A stretch of DNA of 64,000 nucleotides from a virus. Under the pieces are notes generated by a model that was not told the DNA's origin, did not search any database, and saw only the letters and a program-made list of their open reading frames with translations. Made by a program: the position numbers and the translations under genes. Position 1 is the stretch's first letter; the number at the start of each line of letters is the position of its first letter. Below are positions 29,981 through 40,484 of this stretch, piece after piece. Location: positions 79,855 to 143,854 of the IMG/VR virus record IMGVR_UViG_3300042261_000588; one strand, written 5' to 3'.

Positions 29981-31874
29981 TCTTCCGACTGCCTACCAAG
30001 AATTCATTCATTTATCGAGATACGCCAGATGGATAGATGGCGAGGGAAGACGGGAAACATGGCATGAGACTGTAGATCGGTATATTACATTCTTCGATAA
30101 GACTTGTGGTGGAAAGATTCCCAAAGAGACGTTGGAGGAGATTAGGGAGGCTATTCTAAATCTTGAGGTGATGCCTTCTATGCGTTGTTTGATGACGGCG
30201 GGAAAGGCTTTGGAGCTAGACCATGCCGCAGCTTTTAACTGCTCTACAATGGCTATCAATCACCCATTCGCATTTGATGAGTTGTTGTATTTATTGATGC
30301 TTGGAACAGGATGCGGGATTTCGGTTGAGCGTCAATTTTTAGTGAGTCTGCCCGTTATCGCCGAAAGTTTTCGAACATCGAAAAGTGTTATTAAAGTCGA
30401 GGACTCCAGAATTGGATGGGCAAATGCTCTTCGAGAGATGATTGGGATGTTGTATCAAGGTCGTATTCCTGAATGGGATGTATCTGGTGTGCGTCCAGCA
30501 GGAGCTAAGTTAAAGACTTTTGGTGGAAGGTCTAGCGGACCAGAACCTTTGGTTGATTTGTTTAAATTTGTGATTGAGATATTCAAGGGAGCATCTGGAA
30601 GAAGGTTGAATTCGATAGAATGTCACGATATTTGCTGTAAGATCGCCGAAGTTGTTGTCTCTGGTGGAGTCAGGCGTAGCGCTATTCTATCTTTGACAAA
30701 TCCGTCGGATGATAGAATGAGACATGCTAAAGATGGCAATTGGTTCGAGACAACTCCGTGGAGATCAATGGCGAACATCAGTGCTGCATACACCGAGAAG
30801 CCAAGTATGGATGTATTCTTCAGGGAGTGGTTAGCACTATATGAATCAAAAAGTGGAGAGCGTGGAATCTTCAATCGTGAGGCAGCAAAAGCGCAAGCAT
30901 TGAAGTATGGTCGTCGTGATCCCAATCACGAGTTTCTATGCAATCCTTGTTCGGAAATTTTGGCACGAGATCAAGGGTTGTGCAATCTATCCGAGGTTGT
31001 TATACGACCGAAAGATGATTTGAAGTCGCTGCTTAGAAAAGCGAGGATCGCCGCTATCATGGGGACAATGCAGGCAACTTTGACAAACTTTCGATATCTT
31101 CGTTCTACATGGAAGAAAAATGCCGACGAAGAAGCCTTGTTGGGAGTTAGCTTGACAGGAATCATGGACAACGAAGTTATGTCAGGTAGAAAAGGGAAAA
31201 GAGAACTGGCAGAAATTCTTGAAAAATTGAGGCTTCATGTAGTGTCAGTGAACAAGGAATGGTCTAAGATTCTCGGAATCAATCAAGCAGCAGCGACGAC
31301 TTGTATAAAGCCGAGCGGAACTGTCGGTCAGTTGAATGACTGTGCCAGCGGAATTCATCCTCGTTACTCAGGAATGTATATCAGGAGAGTCCGTTGTGAT
31401 AAGCATGATCCTCTGGCAAAAATGATGATAGATGCCGGATTCCCAGCAGAAGATGATGTGATGAGGCCAGAGCGTCAGGTGGTATTCTCCTTTCCAATGA
31501 GATCGCCGGAGGGAGCAATTACTACTGATGATGTGACGGCAATTGAGCAGCTTGAATTGTGGAAAGTCTATCAGACACATTGGGCTGAACATAAGATCAG
31601 CATGACAGTTTATGTTGGAGAGTCGGAGTGGATGGAGGTTGGTGCATGGGTTTATAAAAACTTCGACTTGATGAGTGGCATAGCTTTTCTGCCTCGCATC
31701 CATCATAGTTATAAGCAAACTCCTTATGAGACTATAACTGAAAATAAGTGTGTTGAACTTGAGGCAGGAATGCCAAAGGATGTGGATTGGTCGAAGATTA
31801 GGGAATATGAGAAGGATGACGCAACTACCAATGCCAGAGAGATTGCCTGTTCAGCAGGTCAATGCGAGCTTTAA
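29970..31874 (+). CDS. nrdJ: class II (B12-dependent) ribonucleotide reductase
   Basis: MPSMR, FNC, GGVRRSA, NPCSE, CNLSE, CIKPSGT, C-terminal CSAGQCEL. Confidence 0.93.
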   Translation: MKHDLPTAYQEFIHLSRYARWIDGEGRRETWHETVDRYITFFDKTCGGKIPKETLEEIREAILNLEVMPSMRCLMTAGKALELDHAAAFNCSTMAINHPFAFDELLYLLMLGTGCGISVERQFLVSLPVIAESFRTSKSVIKVEDSRIGWANALREMIGMLYQGRIPEWDVSGVRPAGAKLKTFGGRSSGPEPLVDLFKFVIEIFKGASGRRLNSIECHDICCKIAEVVVSGGVRRSAILSLTNPSDDRMRHAKDGNWFETTPWRSMANISAAYTEKPSMDVFFREWLALYESKSGERGIFNREAAKAQALKYGRRDPNHEFLCNPCSEILARDQGLCNLSEVVIRPKDDLKSLLRKARIAAIMGTMQATLTNFRYLRSTWKKNADEEALLGVSLTGIMDNEVMSGRKGKRELAEILEKLRLHVVSVNKEWSKILGINQAAATTCIKPSGTVGQLNDCASGIHPRYSGMYIRRVRCDKHDPLAKMMIDAGFPAEDDVMRPERQVVFSFPMRSPEGAITTDDVTAIEQLELWKVYQTHWAEHKISMTVYVGESEWMEVGAWVYKNFDLMSGIAFLPRIHHSYKQTPYETITENKCVELEAGMPKDVDWSKIREYEKDDATTNAREIACSAGQCEL

Positions 31875-32128
31875 GCGTGAAAGGATTATGAGCGACCCTT
31901 TTCAAAGTGCTTGACTTGGCTCGACAAGTGAATGGAGGAACAGGTCGGGAATTTACTGGTGAGTTCCATCCAGACCATGAAGCTGTCGAGGCATGGAGAA
32001 CGCCGTTATCACAAAAAGATGATGGGGAGTTCAGGTATGGAAATAAGAGTCCGACAGAATTACGTCGGATGATCGAGGGTCCCGGAGGAGTATGGGAAGA
32101 ATTATGAGTGAAAGATTTTTAAGGGAGT

Positions 32129-32770
32129 GTGATTATGCTGTCTGATCCGATTGTGAAAAAGATGAAGTTGGCAGAATTGAAGCCAGCAGACTATAACCCG
32201 AGAAAGATTACCGACGAGGCGTTTGATGGACTTGGAGAGTCAATCTCTCAGTTCGGCATGCTTTCTCATATTGTTTGGAACAAGAGAAGTGGGAATATCG
32301 TAGGAGGACATCAGCGATATAAACATCTCATAAAGATGGGCGAAGTCGAAACAGATGTCGTTGTTGTCGACTTGGATGACAACGAAGAAGTCGCTCTTAA
32401 CATCACCCTGAATAGTAAAATGGTGAGAGGTGATTTTACGAGCGACGTAATGGATATTCTCAGAGAGACTGAGGCACGACTAGGAAGCGCCTTTCAAAAA
32501 ATCGGATTGCTCGATCTTTTTGGACATCTAAAAAGTCGTGGATTAGAAAAAGAGCCCAAGAAAAAGAAGACTACTAAAACTAGTGAGCCGAAGAAGTCGA
32601 AAACATCTAGTAGTTCTTTAAATGATGGCGACGTTGAGCCTCCGAAGAGTGATGGAAAGCCGCAGGCTATGATAACTTGTCCAAAGTGCCGGAGTCAGTG
32701 GAAGTTGACTGATAACGAGGTTGTTTACAACGGGGTGTTGAATCAGGGCAATAAGATTGGAGCCAATTAA
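32129..32770 (+). CDS. ParB/Srx-like domain protein, type A, C-terminal CxxC
   Basis: PADYNPRKI, IVGGHQR, CPKC. Confidence 0.85.
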   Translation: MIMLSDPIVKKMKLAELKPADYNPRKITDEAFDGLGESISQFGMLSHIVWNKRSGNIVGGHQRYKHLIKMGEVETDVVVVDLDDNEEVALNITLNSKMVRGDFTSDVMDILRETEARLGSAFQKIGLLDLFGHLKSRGLEKEPKKKKTTKTSEPKKSKTSSSSLNDGDVEPPKSDGKPQAMITCPKCRSQWKLTDNEVVYNGVLNQGNKIGAN

Positions 32771-33312
32771 TGTTGATCAAGAAGTGGGAAACCAGAGTCG
32801 TAAAATTGAGTGATGTTGTTCCACAGAGCAACAATCCTAGAGTCATTGATCTTGCATCTCTTAATGGCCTACGGGCATCGCTGGGTCGTTTTGGGTATGT
32901 GGAGCTTGTCGTCTGGAATGAGCGAACGAGGCATATCATCAGCGGGCATCAGAGGTTCGCCGTATTGCAACAGGAGGGCGTCATAGAGGCCCCTATGATC
33001 GTGGTGGACATGTCCGTGGAAGAAGAGATGGGCGCAAGTCTCACTATGAACAATCCCATGATTGAGGGCGAGTTTGATGAGCCGGTCATGGAGCTTCTCG
33101 GACAAATAGAGAAATCGGTTCCCGAATTGTTCAAAGCAGTTCGGATGGAGGAACTTAGGTCATCTCTTGACAAGAGCATGGATAGGAATTTAGGAGATAG
33201 CGACACACCTGACAGAGGAGATGATGTGGACTGGGACACGGAATGCCCTTGTTGTGGAAACAAATGGAAAGTGGAAAGTTCGGATATAATAGTCGTAAAG
33301 GGTAATGTATGA
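32770..33312 (+). CDS. ParB/Srx-like domain protein, type B
   Basis: NNPRVID, ISGHQR, CPCC. Confidence 0.85.
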   Translation: MLIKKWETRVVKLSDVVPQSNNPRVIDLASLNGLRASLGRFGYVELVVWNERTRHIISGHQRFAVLQQEGVIEAPMIVVDMSVEEEMGASLTMNNPMIEGEFDEPVMELLGQIEKSVPELFKAVRMEELRSSLDKSMDRNLGDSDTPDRGDDVDWDTECPCCGNKWKVESSDIIVVKGNV

Positions 33313-33869
33313 ACTGTTTGATGGAACGAAAAAAGTTGGCTGATCTCAATCCTGCGGAATACAATCCTCGTGAGATCAGGCAAGAATCTCTTGATGGACT
33401 GCAAGGGTCTATTGATCGTTTCGGAGTGTTAGTTCCTATTATCTGGAATAGGCGTTCTGGGCGTATTGTTGGAGGACATCAACGATACAAGGTATTGACA
33501 TCTAAGGGTGTTGAGGAAACAGATGTCGTTGTTGTCGACTTGGATAACAACGAAGAAGTTGCTCTCAATATCACCTTGAACAATCCTGCCACTAGAGGGA
33601 AATTCACCAAGAGCGTGGTCGGATTATTAGAGCAGTCTGAAAAAACAATGAAGGAAGAATTTAAGAAGGTTGGACTTTCGGATATGTTGAATTATCTGAG
33701 CCGCTTCAAGTTTGATGGTCCGGCGGGGTCTGGAGAGACTGGGAGTGGCAAGGGCAAGGGCAAAGGTGAGGGAAAGATCAAAGAGGGGATGAAGTGTCCG
33801 AGGTGTCAGAGTATTTGGAGAAAATCTGATGGTGAAGTGCTTTATAGAAGTGGGGTGGCCAATGGGTGA
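33309..33869 (+). CDS. ParB/Srx-like domain protein, type A
   Basis: PAEYNPREI, IVGGHQR, CPRC. Confidence 0.85.
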   Translation: MNCLMERKKLADLNPAEYNPREIRQESLDGLQGSIDRFGVLVPIIWNRRSGRIVGGHQRYKVLTSKGVEETDVVVVDLDNNEEVALNITLNNPATRGKFTKSVVGLLEQSEKTMKEEFKKVGLSDMLNYLSRFKFDGPAGSGETGSGKGKGKGEGKIKEGMKCPRCQSIWRKSDGEVLYRSGVANG

Positions 33870-34425
33870 TCTGGGCAAAGTTGAAGTTCGGGTCATCAAG
33901 TTTGCCGAAGTAATACCGATGCCGAATAATCCGCGGGTCATTGATGATGTGGCACTGAATGGCCTGAAGGCGTCGCTAGATCGTTTCGGTTATGTTGAGC
34001 CTATCGTCTGGAACAAGAGGACTGGACATATCGTGGGAGGGCATCAGCGATTTAAGGTGCTCAACATGCAGGGATTGATTGAAGCTCAGATGGTTGTCGT
34101 GGATATGAATCCTGACGACGAGATGTCAGCGAATCTGACTTTGAATAATCCAGAGATCGAAGGTGAGTTTTCCGAGAAGGCATTGGAACTCCTAAAGGCT
34201 CTCAAAGGAGAAGAGTCTGATTTGTTTGGAAAACTTAGGATGGACGATTTGATGGGTAATCTTGAAAAGCGTTTCGTTCAAGTAAATGATAAGTCTTACG
34301 AGAATAAGGAGATCGATATACAGGAGTTGGTTTCCGGCTGTAATGACAAGTGTCCTTGTTGTGGGTTTGTATGGACGGCGGATGATAAAGACCAAGTTGA
34401 CTTGGAGACACTAAAAGATGGTTGA
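33862..34425 (+). CDS. ParB/Srx-like domain protein, type B
   Basis: NNPRVID, IVGGHQR, CPCC. Confidence 0.85.
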   Translation: MGDLGKVEVRVIKFAEVIPMPNNPRVIDDVALNGLKASLDRFGYVEPIVWNKRTGHIVGGHQRFKVLNMQGLIEAQMVVVDMNPDDEMSANLTLNNPEIEGEFSEKALELLKALKGEESDLFGKLRMDDLMGNLEKRFVQVNDKSYENKEIDIQELVSGCNDKCPCCGFVWTADDKDQVDLETLKDG

Positions 34426-35488
34426 CGGTCACAGATTCCCTTATTGTTGGAAGAGGACTGATTTAGACCGTGTTCGGAAGCATGGTCACACGGTCTTGTC
34501 TACATTTGCTTGCGGCGGTGGATCGTCATTCGGTTATAAGATGGCAGGATTTGATGTGATCGGATTCAACGAGATTGATAAGGAAATGGTCTCGCTTTAT
34601 CTGGCGAATCATCATCCCAAGTTTACTTTTCATGAGCCGATTCAGACTTTCAAGAATCGGACAGACTTGCCTGATGAATTATTCAATCTGGATATATTGG
34701 ATTCTAGTCCTCCATGCAGTTTGTTTTCCATAGCGGGCGATAGGGAAGAAAACTGGGGAAAGAGTAAGAAGTTTAGAGAAGGACAGGCCGATCAGATATT
34801 GTCGGACTTGTTTTTCGACTATCTCGATCTCGTAGGGAAGCTGAGACCGAAGGTAACTGTCGCAGAGAATGTCAAGGGAATGCTCCTTGGTAAAGCAAAG
34901 GGATATTGTGATCTGATTTTCAAGCGGTATGATAGTCTTGGCTATGACGTTCAGTTGTTCTTAATCAATGCCGCAACACTAGGTGTTCCACAGAGGCGAG
35001 AGAGGGTATTCTTCGTCGCTCGAAGAAGGGACTTGAATCTTCCTAAGTTGGTTTTGAATATTAAGGAAAAGCCGATCACATTCAGGGATTTATCTGGCAA
35101 GCTACCATTTCAGGATTTGAAGGATACGGATGCAAATGATGTGTCGAGGGCATTCTGGCACAAGACAATACCAGGGAAAGGTTTCGAGGATGCATCAGGT
35201 GGAAACTATTTCAATCATAAACGACTTGCATTAGATGAGCCAACTCTGACTTTGACTGCCGGTTGTTGTCTCCAACATCCAACGGAGATGAGGAATATCA
35301 GTTGGATCGAGGCGTGTTTGATTGGATCATATCCTTATGACTATGATTTTCTCGATAAGGGTTGGAAGATGAAGGTGTATTGCATTGGGATGAGTGTCCC
35401 ACCAGTGATGACCGCTCAGATAGCAGCACAGATTGCCGAGCAATGGTTTGGGGTAAAGGCAGAACAGATTGATGAGGCATGGAAGTGA
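34418..35488 (+). CDS. dcm: C5 cytosine DNA methyltransferase
   Basis: FACGGG, SPPC, ENV, QRRERVF. Confidence 0.9.
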   Translation: MVDGHRFPYCWKRTDLDRVRKHGHTVLSTFACGGGSSFGYKMAGFDVIGFNEIDKEMVSLYLANHHPKFTFHEPIQTFKNRTDLPDELFNLDILDSSPPCSLFSIAGDREENWGKSKKFREGQADQILSDLFFDYLDLVGKLRPKVTVAENVKGMLLGKAKGYCDLIFKRYDSLGYDVQLFLINAATLGVPQRRERVFFVARRRDLNLPKLVLNIKEKPITFRDLSGKLPFQDLKDTDANDVSRAFWHKTIPGKGFEDASGGNYFNHKRLALDEPTLTLTAGCCLQHPTEMRNISWIEACLIGSYPYDYDFLDKGWKMKVYCIGMSVPPVMTAQIAAQIAEQWFGVKAEQIDEAWK

Positions 35489-36966
35489 CAGGGAAACATA
35501 GATTTCCTTATTGTTGGAAGAGGACTGATTTGAGTCGTGTGAAGAAACACGGTCACACGGTCTTTTCCACTTTTGCTTGTGGAGGAGGGTCTTCTTTCGG
35601 ATACAAGATGGCTGGTTTTGACTTGATAGGATGCAATGAGATTGATAAGGAGATGATGAATTTCTATCAAGCCAATCATCATCCAAGGTATCCATTCCTG
35701 GAGCCGATACAAACCTTTAAGAGTCGGACTGATCTTCCCGATGAGTTGTTCAATCTGGACGTTTTAGATGGTAGTCCGCCTTGTTTTGTTGCGGGCACTC
35801 TCATATTTACAATTAAGGGAGTCGTTCCGATAGAGATGATTAAGGAAGGGGACATCGTTTTGACCCACCTCGGAAGATGGAGGAAGGTGGTAGCAACGAT
35901 GAGCAGGATGAGTCCTACAGTTTTGGTGGACAATCGTATTGAGGCTACTCCAGATCACAGATTTTATGCGAGAAAGTCTGGGGACGATATTCCAGAATGG
36001 GTTAAGGCAAAGGATTTAGAGGGATTTTATCTTGCATCATATCACGAAAATTATAAAGATATGGGCGGGTGGATATGGAAGAAGCTAACGAGGCCGGTGG
36101 TGCCAGCTTCCGAACTAACAGAAGTATTCGATTTTGAGGTTGAGGAGGACCATAGTTTTGTGGCCGACGGATATGTGGTTCATAATTGCTCAACTTTTTC
36201 AATGGCTGGTGATAGAGAGAAGGGCTGGGGTAAGAATAAAAAGTTTCGAGAAGGACAGGCAGAACAGGTTCTTTCAGACCTGTTTTTCGAGTATCTTGAT
36301 CTCGTAGGGAAGCTGAGACCCAAGATCGCCGTAGCCGAGAATGTTCAGGGGATGTTGACGGGCAAAGCAAAGGGATATTGCAAGCTCATCGTGGATCGTT
36401 TCAACTCAATGGGGTATGACGCCCAATTGTTTCTGCTGAATGCGGCAACGATGGGAGTGCCACAATTCAGGGAAAGGGTGTTCTTTATTGCCAGAAGGAG
36501 AGACTTGAATCTTCCGGCATTGAATATGGCATTCAATGAGCCAATCATACCATTTAAAGAGGTTGTGGAGGCATTGCCGTTTCAGGACTTGTCTGGGATA
36601 GCCCCAAATCAGGTTGATAGGGCTTATTGGCACAGGACTAGACCCGGCGATACATATTCCACCGTGTCAGGAGGAAGCTATTTTAGTTGGTGCCGATTGA
36701 GTATGGATAGAGTTAGTCCAACCGTGCTTGCCACGGAGAACATGAAGTATCCAACAGAGATGAGGAATTTAAGTTGGGTAGAGATATGTTTGATTGGGTC
36801 ATATCCGTATGATTATGATTTTCTTGGTGTTACGAGGAATAAGAGAGTATACTGTGTGGGTATGAGTGTTCCACCAGTAATGATGGCACAGATCGCTGCG
36901 AAGATTGCAGAGCAGTGTTTTGGAGTGGATGCAGATAAAATTGATGAGGCTTGGAGAAAAAAATGA
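35479..36966 (+). CDS. dcm: C5 cytosine DNA methyltransferase with mini-intein
   Basis: paralog of previous gene; SPP|intein|CSTFS, ENV, RERVF. Confidence 0.9.
   Translation: MEVTGKHRFPYCWKRTDLSRVKKHGHTVFSTFACGGGSSFGYKMAGFDLIGCNEIDKEMMNFYQANHHPRYPFLEPIQTFKSRTDLPDELFNLDVLDGSPPCFVAGTLIFTIKGVVPIEMIKEGDIVLTHLGRWRKVVATMSRMSPTVLVDNRIEATPDHRFYARKSGDDIPEWVKAKDLEGFYLASYHENYKDMGGWIWKKLTRPVVPASELTEVFDFEVEEDHSFVADGYVVHNCSTFSMAGDREKGWGKNKKFREGQAEQVLSDLFFEYLDLVGKLRPKIAVAENVQGMLTGKAKGYCKLIVDRFNSMGYDAQLFLLNAATMGVPQFRERVFFIARRRDLNLPALNMAFNEPIIPFKEVVEALPFQDLSGIAPNQVDRAYWHRTRPGDTYSTVSGGSYFSWCRLSMDRVSPTVLATENMKYPTEMRNLSWVEICLIGSYPYDYDFLGVTRNKRVYCVGMSVPPVMMAQIAAKIAEQCFGVDADKIDEAWRKK
35782..36186 (+). mobile_element. 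mini-intein (135 aa) inserted immediately before the catalytic Cys
   Basis: CFVAGT start, TPDH, VVHN|C end; no endonuclease. Confidence 0.9.
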
Positions 36967-37787
36967 AAATCCTGACATTGGATGGTGGTGGGGTTTTTGG
37001 GCGAGTACAGTCACGCATATTGGCAGAGGCGAACTGTTATGACAAGTTCGACGTACTCGCAGGGACATCTATTGGTGCTCCACAAATATTGGCAATAGCT
37101 CTTGGTAAGCAAGATATGGTGAAGCCACCATTCTTTGACAAATGGATGTATCCTGTATTCAAAACGAATTGGTTTAGAAGGATCAATATCTTTCAGCCGG
37201 AGTATCCCGATACAGGACTAAATGCTGCATTACAGGATGTGTTCGATTCATCGGTGTTAGGCGATGTAAAGAAACCCGTGTTTATTACTGCGGCGAATAT
37301 CGGTCAAAAGACATTGAAGGTGTTTTCATCTCTTAATTTTGATGATCAATCATGGCCGTGTTGGGAAGTTTGCCGGGCAGCAACAGCAGCAGAAACCTAT
37401 TTCGCTCCTTGGAAGGGATTTGCAGATGGAGGTATCTATGCTAATAATCCTAGCATGGTTGCTCTTGCTGGTGTGGTGAGAGTACTCAAGGCAAAGATGG
37501 AAGATATTGAGATTCTCTCCATAGGTACAGGCAGGAAAGTAGATGGAGGAAAACCTCCCAGTGGCAGAATGACCACGGCATTGTGGGTATTGAGAGCTAT
37601 GTTAAATGGTTCCGCCAGCGAAATGCACGAATACTTTGTTAAGTCTCTCCCTATTAAGAAGTTTGTTCGTATACAATTTGGTATGGATTCAGATTGGGAG
37701 ATGGATAACCCAAAGGATATGCATAGGGCAGAACGCAAGTGGGCAGTTGACATCATGGAGGCCGTTAAAACTGTCAAGGAATTCTAA
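36963..37787 (+). CDS. patatin-like phospholipase
   Basis: DGGG, GTSIG, DGGIYANNP. Confidence 0.9.
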   Translation: MKILTLDGGGVFGRVQSRILAEANCYDKFDVLAGTSIGAPQILAIALGKQDMVKPPFFDKWMYPVFKTNWFRRINIFQPEYPDTGLNAALQDVFDSSVLGDVKKPVFITAANIGQKTLKVFSSLNFDDQSWPCWEVCRAATAAETYFAPWKGFADGGIYANNPSMVALAGVVRVLKAKMEDIEILSIGTGRKVDGGKPPSGRMTTALWVLRAMLNGSASEMHEYFVKSLPIKKFVRIQFGMDSDWEMDNPKDMHRAERKWAVDIMEAVKTVKEF

Positions 37788-37797
37788 GGAGGTTCTT

Positions 37798-38214
37798 ATG
37801 GCATCATTTGGGGAAATTTTAGCATCCTTTAAAAAGGATGAGGAAGCCGAAAATATCGTGGCTGTCATTAATGATGATGAGCTTCAAAATGGACTAATTG
37901 CTTGGAAGTCTGTCAGAATCAAGTATAAGACTGCCACAGACTGTAATGAGAGTGACCCTACAGCAAAGTGGAATTGGCTATGGGATCAGATCGATTATGA
38001 TTCTCAGGCATTTGGTGTTGTTGCCGGTGCAAAAGCACAGGATGTGGGTAGGTTGATCGCTCGATTGATTGGATTGAGGCTGATATACCCAGATGGAACG
38101 ATCAATACTTTATCAAAACAATACCTTCAGACGATAATTATGAGCAAGATTCGTCAATCTGCACCTAGAGGACAAAGATCCGCTGCACAATCCGGCTCGG
38201 TTCAACAGAAATAA
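37798..38214 (+). CDS. hypothetical protein
   Basis: AGGAGG RBS + ATG. Confidence 0.65.
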   Translation: MASFGEILASFKKDEEAENIVAVINDDELQNGLIAWKSVRIKYKTATDCNESDPTAKWNWLWDQIDYDSQAFGVVAGAKAQDVGRLIARLIGLRLIYPDGTINTLSKQYLQTIIMSKIRQSAPRGQRSAAQSGSVQQK

Positions 38215-38249
38215 TTAAAAACAAGTTTGTGTTTTGTGTATAATGGGGC

Positions 38250-38696
38250 ATGAGTGGGCTTGTTGGCAAATATGTTTGTTGGGGTGATGAGGATGGGATG
38301 TTCTGTTGGGGTCGCATCAAAGCAGAAGTCGTTATTAATACGGCTGAAGGTCCCAAGGATGCATTTGTTTTGGATCAGAGGATGACTGGTCCGCATAACA
38401 TTCCTGAAAGAATCCAGAGGTATTCTCGGGATACGCTTCTTCGGAAGGATATGATTGATGTTGATATGGACATCTTTGACCGAGATGTTCAGGAATTTGA
38501 ATCGGTATCAAATGACGATTTGTTCTTGTTGATGATGGATGCAGAGGCAGAACTTGAAAGCATGAAAGAGCAGAAGAATTTAGGGCCGTTGAATATGTTG
38601 AAATCGCTTCTAGGACAAACTGGGGGAGAGAATGTGGCGGCAGAATTGTTGAAGAAGAGGATGGCAATAACACAGGACGATGTCCTGAAAGTATAG
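38250..38696 (+). CDS. hypothetical protein
   Basis: ORF immediately after TATAAT (possibly leaderless). Confidence 0.6.
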   Translation: MSGLVGKYVCWGDEDGMFCWGRIKAEVVINTAEGPKDAFVLDQRMTGPHNIPERIQRYSRDTLLRKDMIDVDMDIFDRDVQEFESVSNDDLFLLMMDAEAELESMKEQKNLGPLNMLKSLLGQTGGENVAAELLKKRMAITQDDVLKV

Positions 38697-38698
38697 AA

Positions 38699-38965
38699 GT
38701 GGAGAAGGCAATGGCAACAGAACCAGTAAGCATGACAATGGCGAATCACGAAGCGTTGATCGGTTTGTATGCTGTGTTTTATCGGAATTCTCAAAAGGTT
38801 CCGGCTAAGATCCTTCGGATTGAGAAAGGTAATCCGAATAAAATCGAGTACGAGTTGATTGCAGGTCCTGAGACGGGTCAGGTGTGGAGGAGCAAATTTG
38901 ATGACTCTCAGAAAGCGAAGTTTTATGACGAAGAAAGTCTCGTATTAGCTTTGTTGGAACCATAA
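38699..38965 (+). CDS. hypothetical protein
   Basis: ORF in operon. Confidence 0.55.
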   Translation: MEKAMATEPVSMTMANHEALIGLYAVFYRNSQKVPAKILRIEKGNPNKIEYELIAGPETGQVWRSKFDDSQKAKFYDEESLVLALLEP

Positions 38966-38966
38966 A

Positions 38967-39206
38967 ATGGCAAATTTAAAAATATGTAGGAAGTGCAGTA
39001 ATGGACTGGAGTTCTATCCTGCACTTCTTGATCATACTGATAAAAAAGTGTGCGGGACGCAGGTCTGGTGCATATTATCGGCTATATATATCGAATGGGA
39101 TTCCGAGGTGCCAGAAAAATGCCCGTATCGGATGGAACATATTGTGTCTCAGGATGCCATTTCCGATCTTGCAGATGAATCAATAGAGATGAAGGAGTCA
39201 AAATGA
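38967..39206 (+). CDS. small Cys-containing protein
   Basis: ORF in operon, overlaps iscS start. Confidence 0.55.
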   Translation: MANLKICRKCSNGLEFYPALLDHTDKKVCGTQVWCILSAIYIEWDSEVPEKCPYRMEHIVSQDAISDLADESIEMKESK

Positions 39207-40381
39207 AGCCGAATTTTCAATTACAAGATATTGAAGTCTATATGGATAATGCGGCGACAACAGCCATAGATGAAGAGGTTGTTTCAGCTATGAGACCATA
39301 CTTAGAGGAGCGGTATGGCAATCCTGAGACTGTATATCGTCTTGGAAGGGAGTCGAGGAAAGCCGTCGAGGACTCTCGTGCGACTATCGCAGATATTCTG
39401 AAATGCACCCCAGAGGAGATATTCTTCACTTCTGGCGGCACCGAGGCGAATAACTGGGCTATCAAGGGCATTCGTCTTCAGGGATATGGAGGAATTATAG
39501 TCGGAGCCATCGAACATGCGTCTGTCTTAGAGCCTGCCAGCAGTGTTTTTGGAAAAGCAGATAAGAGAGCACTTTTTGAGATTCCGGTCGACTCATTCGG
39601 TCTTGTCGACTTGAATGCGCTTGAAACACACCTTCAAATGCCACAAGGGAAGCAGTGGCTCGTCTCCATTCAGTATGCCAATAACGAGATTGGGACAGTG
39701 CAGCCGGTTGAAAAGATCGCCGAGCTGTGCAAGAAGTATGGGGCAGTCTTCCATTGTGACGCAGTTCAGGCATTCGGGAAGATCGATTTCGACGTGGACG
39801 ATGTGGGTGCGGACATGATTTCATTATCGGCACACAAGATTCACGGTCCGATGGGTATGGGCGCTCTCTACGTCAAGAAGGGCACCCTTCTTGAGCCTCT
39901 GTTACATGGGGGTGGACAGGAGAGGGGGATGAGGTCTGGAACGCTGGCAGTGCCAGAGATAGTGGGGTTTGCGAAGGCTGCGGAGCTGGCTATGGAAGTA
40001 CTTCCAAAACAGATGCCGAGATTGATGCGTATTTCAGAGTGGTTGGCTGAGCAGTTGAGGCTTTCTAGTGACGGGAGACGTAACGGTCATACGACACAAC
40101 GGCTTCCCAATATCGTGAGCATAACCTTTCCGGGAATAGAATCCGAGGTCGTCTGCGGGATCATGTGCTCGAAATACAAGTCATGTCTGTCGGCTGGATC
40201 GGCTTGCTCGACGACGAAGAGGCGTTCTCATGTCCTGGAAGCCATAGGGCGGGACCATCGTGATGTTCTGTCGACGCTGAGGATCAGTTTGAGTCGGTAT
40301 AACTCGGATAGTGATGTGATGGTTGCCATGGGTCATATCCAAACAGCAATTAAACAATCGAAGGCAAGAGAGCTGATTTGA
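39203..40381 (+). CDS. iscS: cysteine desulfurase (IscS/NifS)
   Basis: YMDNAATT, FTSGGTEAN, HCDAVQ, SAHKIHGP, SAGSAC. Confidence 0.93.
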   Translation: MKPNFQLQDIEVYMDNAATTAIDEEVVSAMRPYLEERYGNPETVYRLGRESRKAVEDSRATIADILKCTPEEIFFTSGGTEANNWAIKGIRLQGYGGIIVGAIEHASVLEPASSVFGKADKRALFEIPVDSFGLVDLNALETHLQMPQGKQWLVSIQYANNEIGTVQPVEKIAELCKKYGAVFHCDAVQAFGKIDFDVDDVGADMISLSAHKIHGPMGMGALYVKKGTLLEPLLHGGGQERGMRSGTLAVPEIVGFAKAAELAMEVLPKQMPRLMRISEWLAEQLRLSSDGRRNGHTTQRLPNIVSITFPGIESEVVCGIMCSKYKSCLSAGSACSTTKRRSHVLEAIGRDHRDVLSTLRISLSRYNSDSDVMVAMGHIQTAIKQSKARELI

Positions 40382-40484
40382 AAAAGGTATCTAAGAAAGA
40401 AAAGCCTGTCGATATCAAGGAAGTGAATGTCGATGTTGGCGAACGTGATGATGTAGTGGTGGTGTCTTTCAATAAGGTGGTGTC

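Noticed and set aside
36963-37787. Patatin as CBASS CapV effector
   Set aside because: No CD-NTase or other CBASS genes recognised nearby
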